Below, piece by piece: positions 62,986 through 64,000 of a stretch of 64,000 bases of DNA (positions within the stretch are counted from its first letter, which is position 1; every line of letters starts with the position of its first letter). The notes under the pieces are model-generated. The model had not been told where the DNA came from. It searched no databases and saw only the letters and a list, made by a program, of their open reading frames with translations. The position numbers were made by a program, and so were the translations under genes. This DNA comes from an uncultured candidate division Zixibacteria bacterium (GTDB taxonomy: Bacteria > Zixibacteria > MSB-5A5 > GN15 > FEB-12). The stretch spans positions 64,001 through 128,000 of the forward strand of contig CAWDXE010000006.1 in NCBI GenBank assembly GCA_963806185.1, in the 5' to 3' direction.

Positions 62986-63450
62986 CTATGCTCCCCCGCC
63001 CGCGCGCCGCATGGTAATAAACCGATTCACGTGGCGCAAAGCTTCTTTGTTCTCCGGCCAGTAGAGCATGTCAATCGCCTCGCCCAGCGAGCACCAGCGG
63101 TAATCGTCATGCTCGCGCGGGTCGATCGTGATCGCCGATTCCGGCCGTACCTCGGCCATGTAGACGCGCTCGACAATTTCCTTAACATCCCAGTGATACC
63201 TGTCGCGGAAATCGTCATCAAGCGGAAAAGAGTACGAGTATTCGACATCGACGACCGACACGCCTCGGACGCCCGTTTCCTCGCTCAGTTCCCGATTGGC
63301 CGCCGCGATTGGCGTCTCTCCCCCTTCTACGCCGCCGGAGACACCCTGCCAGAAACAGTCCTTGCCCGAATTGCGATGCAACAGCAGATACTCGATCCCC
63401 CGCTCGTTGATTCGATAGACGAAGACCATGACTTGTATGGGCTGGCGCAT
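62986..63450 (-). CDS. NUDIX hydrolase (NudB-like)
   Basis: WQGVSGGVEGGETPIAAANRELSEETG Nudix box; EHDDYRW. Confidence 0.9.
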   Translation of the reverse strand: MRQPIQVMVFVYRINERGIEYLLLHRNSGKDCFWQGVSGGVEGGETPIAAANRELSEETGVRGVSVVDVEYSYSFPLDDDFRDRYHWDVKEIVERVYMAEVRPESAITIDPREHDDYRWCSLGEAIDMLYWPENKEALRHVNRFITMRRAGGGA

Positions 63451-63464
63451 ACCTGATCATCCGC

Positions 63465-64000
63465 TCATTTCGGTTTCCGGCCGATTAGCCACATCCACAG
63501 GCAATTGGTGTCGATCGGTTCTTCTTTGACCGAGCCAAACCCCTCGATCTCCTCAAACCCAACCTGCTCGAACATGCCGGCCAGTTCGTGGAATGAGTAC
63601 ATCCGCAGGGACACCTCATGCGTCACCTCGCGGCCATCTTTCTTGATGAACGTCCATGGCCCGTGATTGCGCGAGGTGCGGTAATCGAATTGCCTTGAAT
63701 GCAGCAGCAGAAGATCCCCGTGCCGTTCCCAGTCTCTCGTCGTGTAGTGTTTCAGAATCCAGTCGCGATTGACGATTTGCACCATGAGCCTGCCACCCGG
63801 CTTCAGTGCGGCGTAGAGTCGTTTCAAAACCAGCACATTGTCGGCCTCGCGTTCGAAATAACCCAGCGAGGTTCCGAGATTCGCCGCACCGTCGAAGCGA
63901 TTGGCGAAAGCAAGGCGGCGCATGTCGCCCCTCTGCGTGGCAATGCGCACTCCGGCTTTCGCCGCTTTGGCGTTGAGTCGTTCCAGGTACGACGAGGTGA
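63465..64000 (-). CDS. Class I SAM-dependent methyltransferase (5'-truncated by window)
   Basis: GDMRRL.F..RFD....TSLGYF and ALKPGGRL motifs; frame is open to the window end. Confidence 0.85.
   Translation of the reverse strand, partial: TSSYLERLNAKAAKAGVRIATQRGDMRRLAFANRFDGAANLGTSLGYFEREADNVLVLKRLYAALKPGGRLMVQIVNRDWILKHYTTRDWERHGDLLLLHSRQFDYRTSRNHGPWTFIKKDGREVTHEVSLRMYSFHELAGMFEQVGFEEIEGFGSVKEEPIDTNCLWMWLIGRKPK

Overview
A GC-rich bacterial chromosomal segment, most likely candidate phylum Zixibacteria. This is an inference from the 'YxLSQNYPNPFNP...KKMxLxK' secretion tails, Cys-flanked dockerin-like tails and sigma-54/TPR genes. From left to right the window holds: the end of an exopolysaccharide locus (GT2, two deacetylases, GT4-like, AsnB-like, WecB, Wzz/GumC); an FG-GAP+dockerin protein; a PQQ-type sugar dehydrogenase; a MacAB-type ABC operon; an alkylation-repair gene; oligoendopeptidase F; Smr; an AbiTii-like gene; and a ~10.3 kb gene for a giant Cys-rich Ig-repeat/cohesin/dockerin secreted protein. 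It continues with thyX, an M32 carboxypeptidase, a Ser/Thr kinase-TolB fusion, an SPFH protein, a REP-associated tyrosine transposase (RAYT) between inverted REPs, PMM/PGM and a second cohesin/dockerin secreted protein. The right end has a sigma-54 two-component module with its apparent target operon, a two-gene low-GC nuclease cassette, PNP, two methyltransferases and a NUDIX hydrolase. The intergenic regions are mosaics of at least 7 palindromic repeat families. Several genes are broken by clustered frameshifts, probably assembly errors. No rRNA, tRNA or CRISPR array was seen. The best novelty leads are (1) the two-gene PD-(D/E)xK nuclease plus small capsid-like-fold cassette, (2) the RAYT/REP mosaics that bracket, and even terminate, accessory genes, and (3) a cohesin-dockerin surface scaffold system with no glycoside hydrolases.
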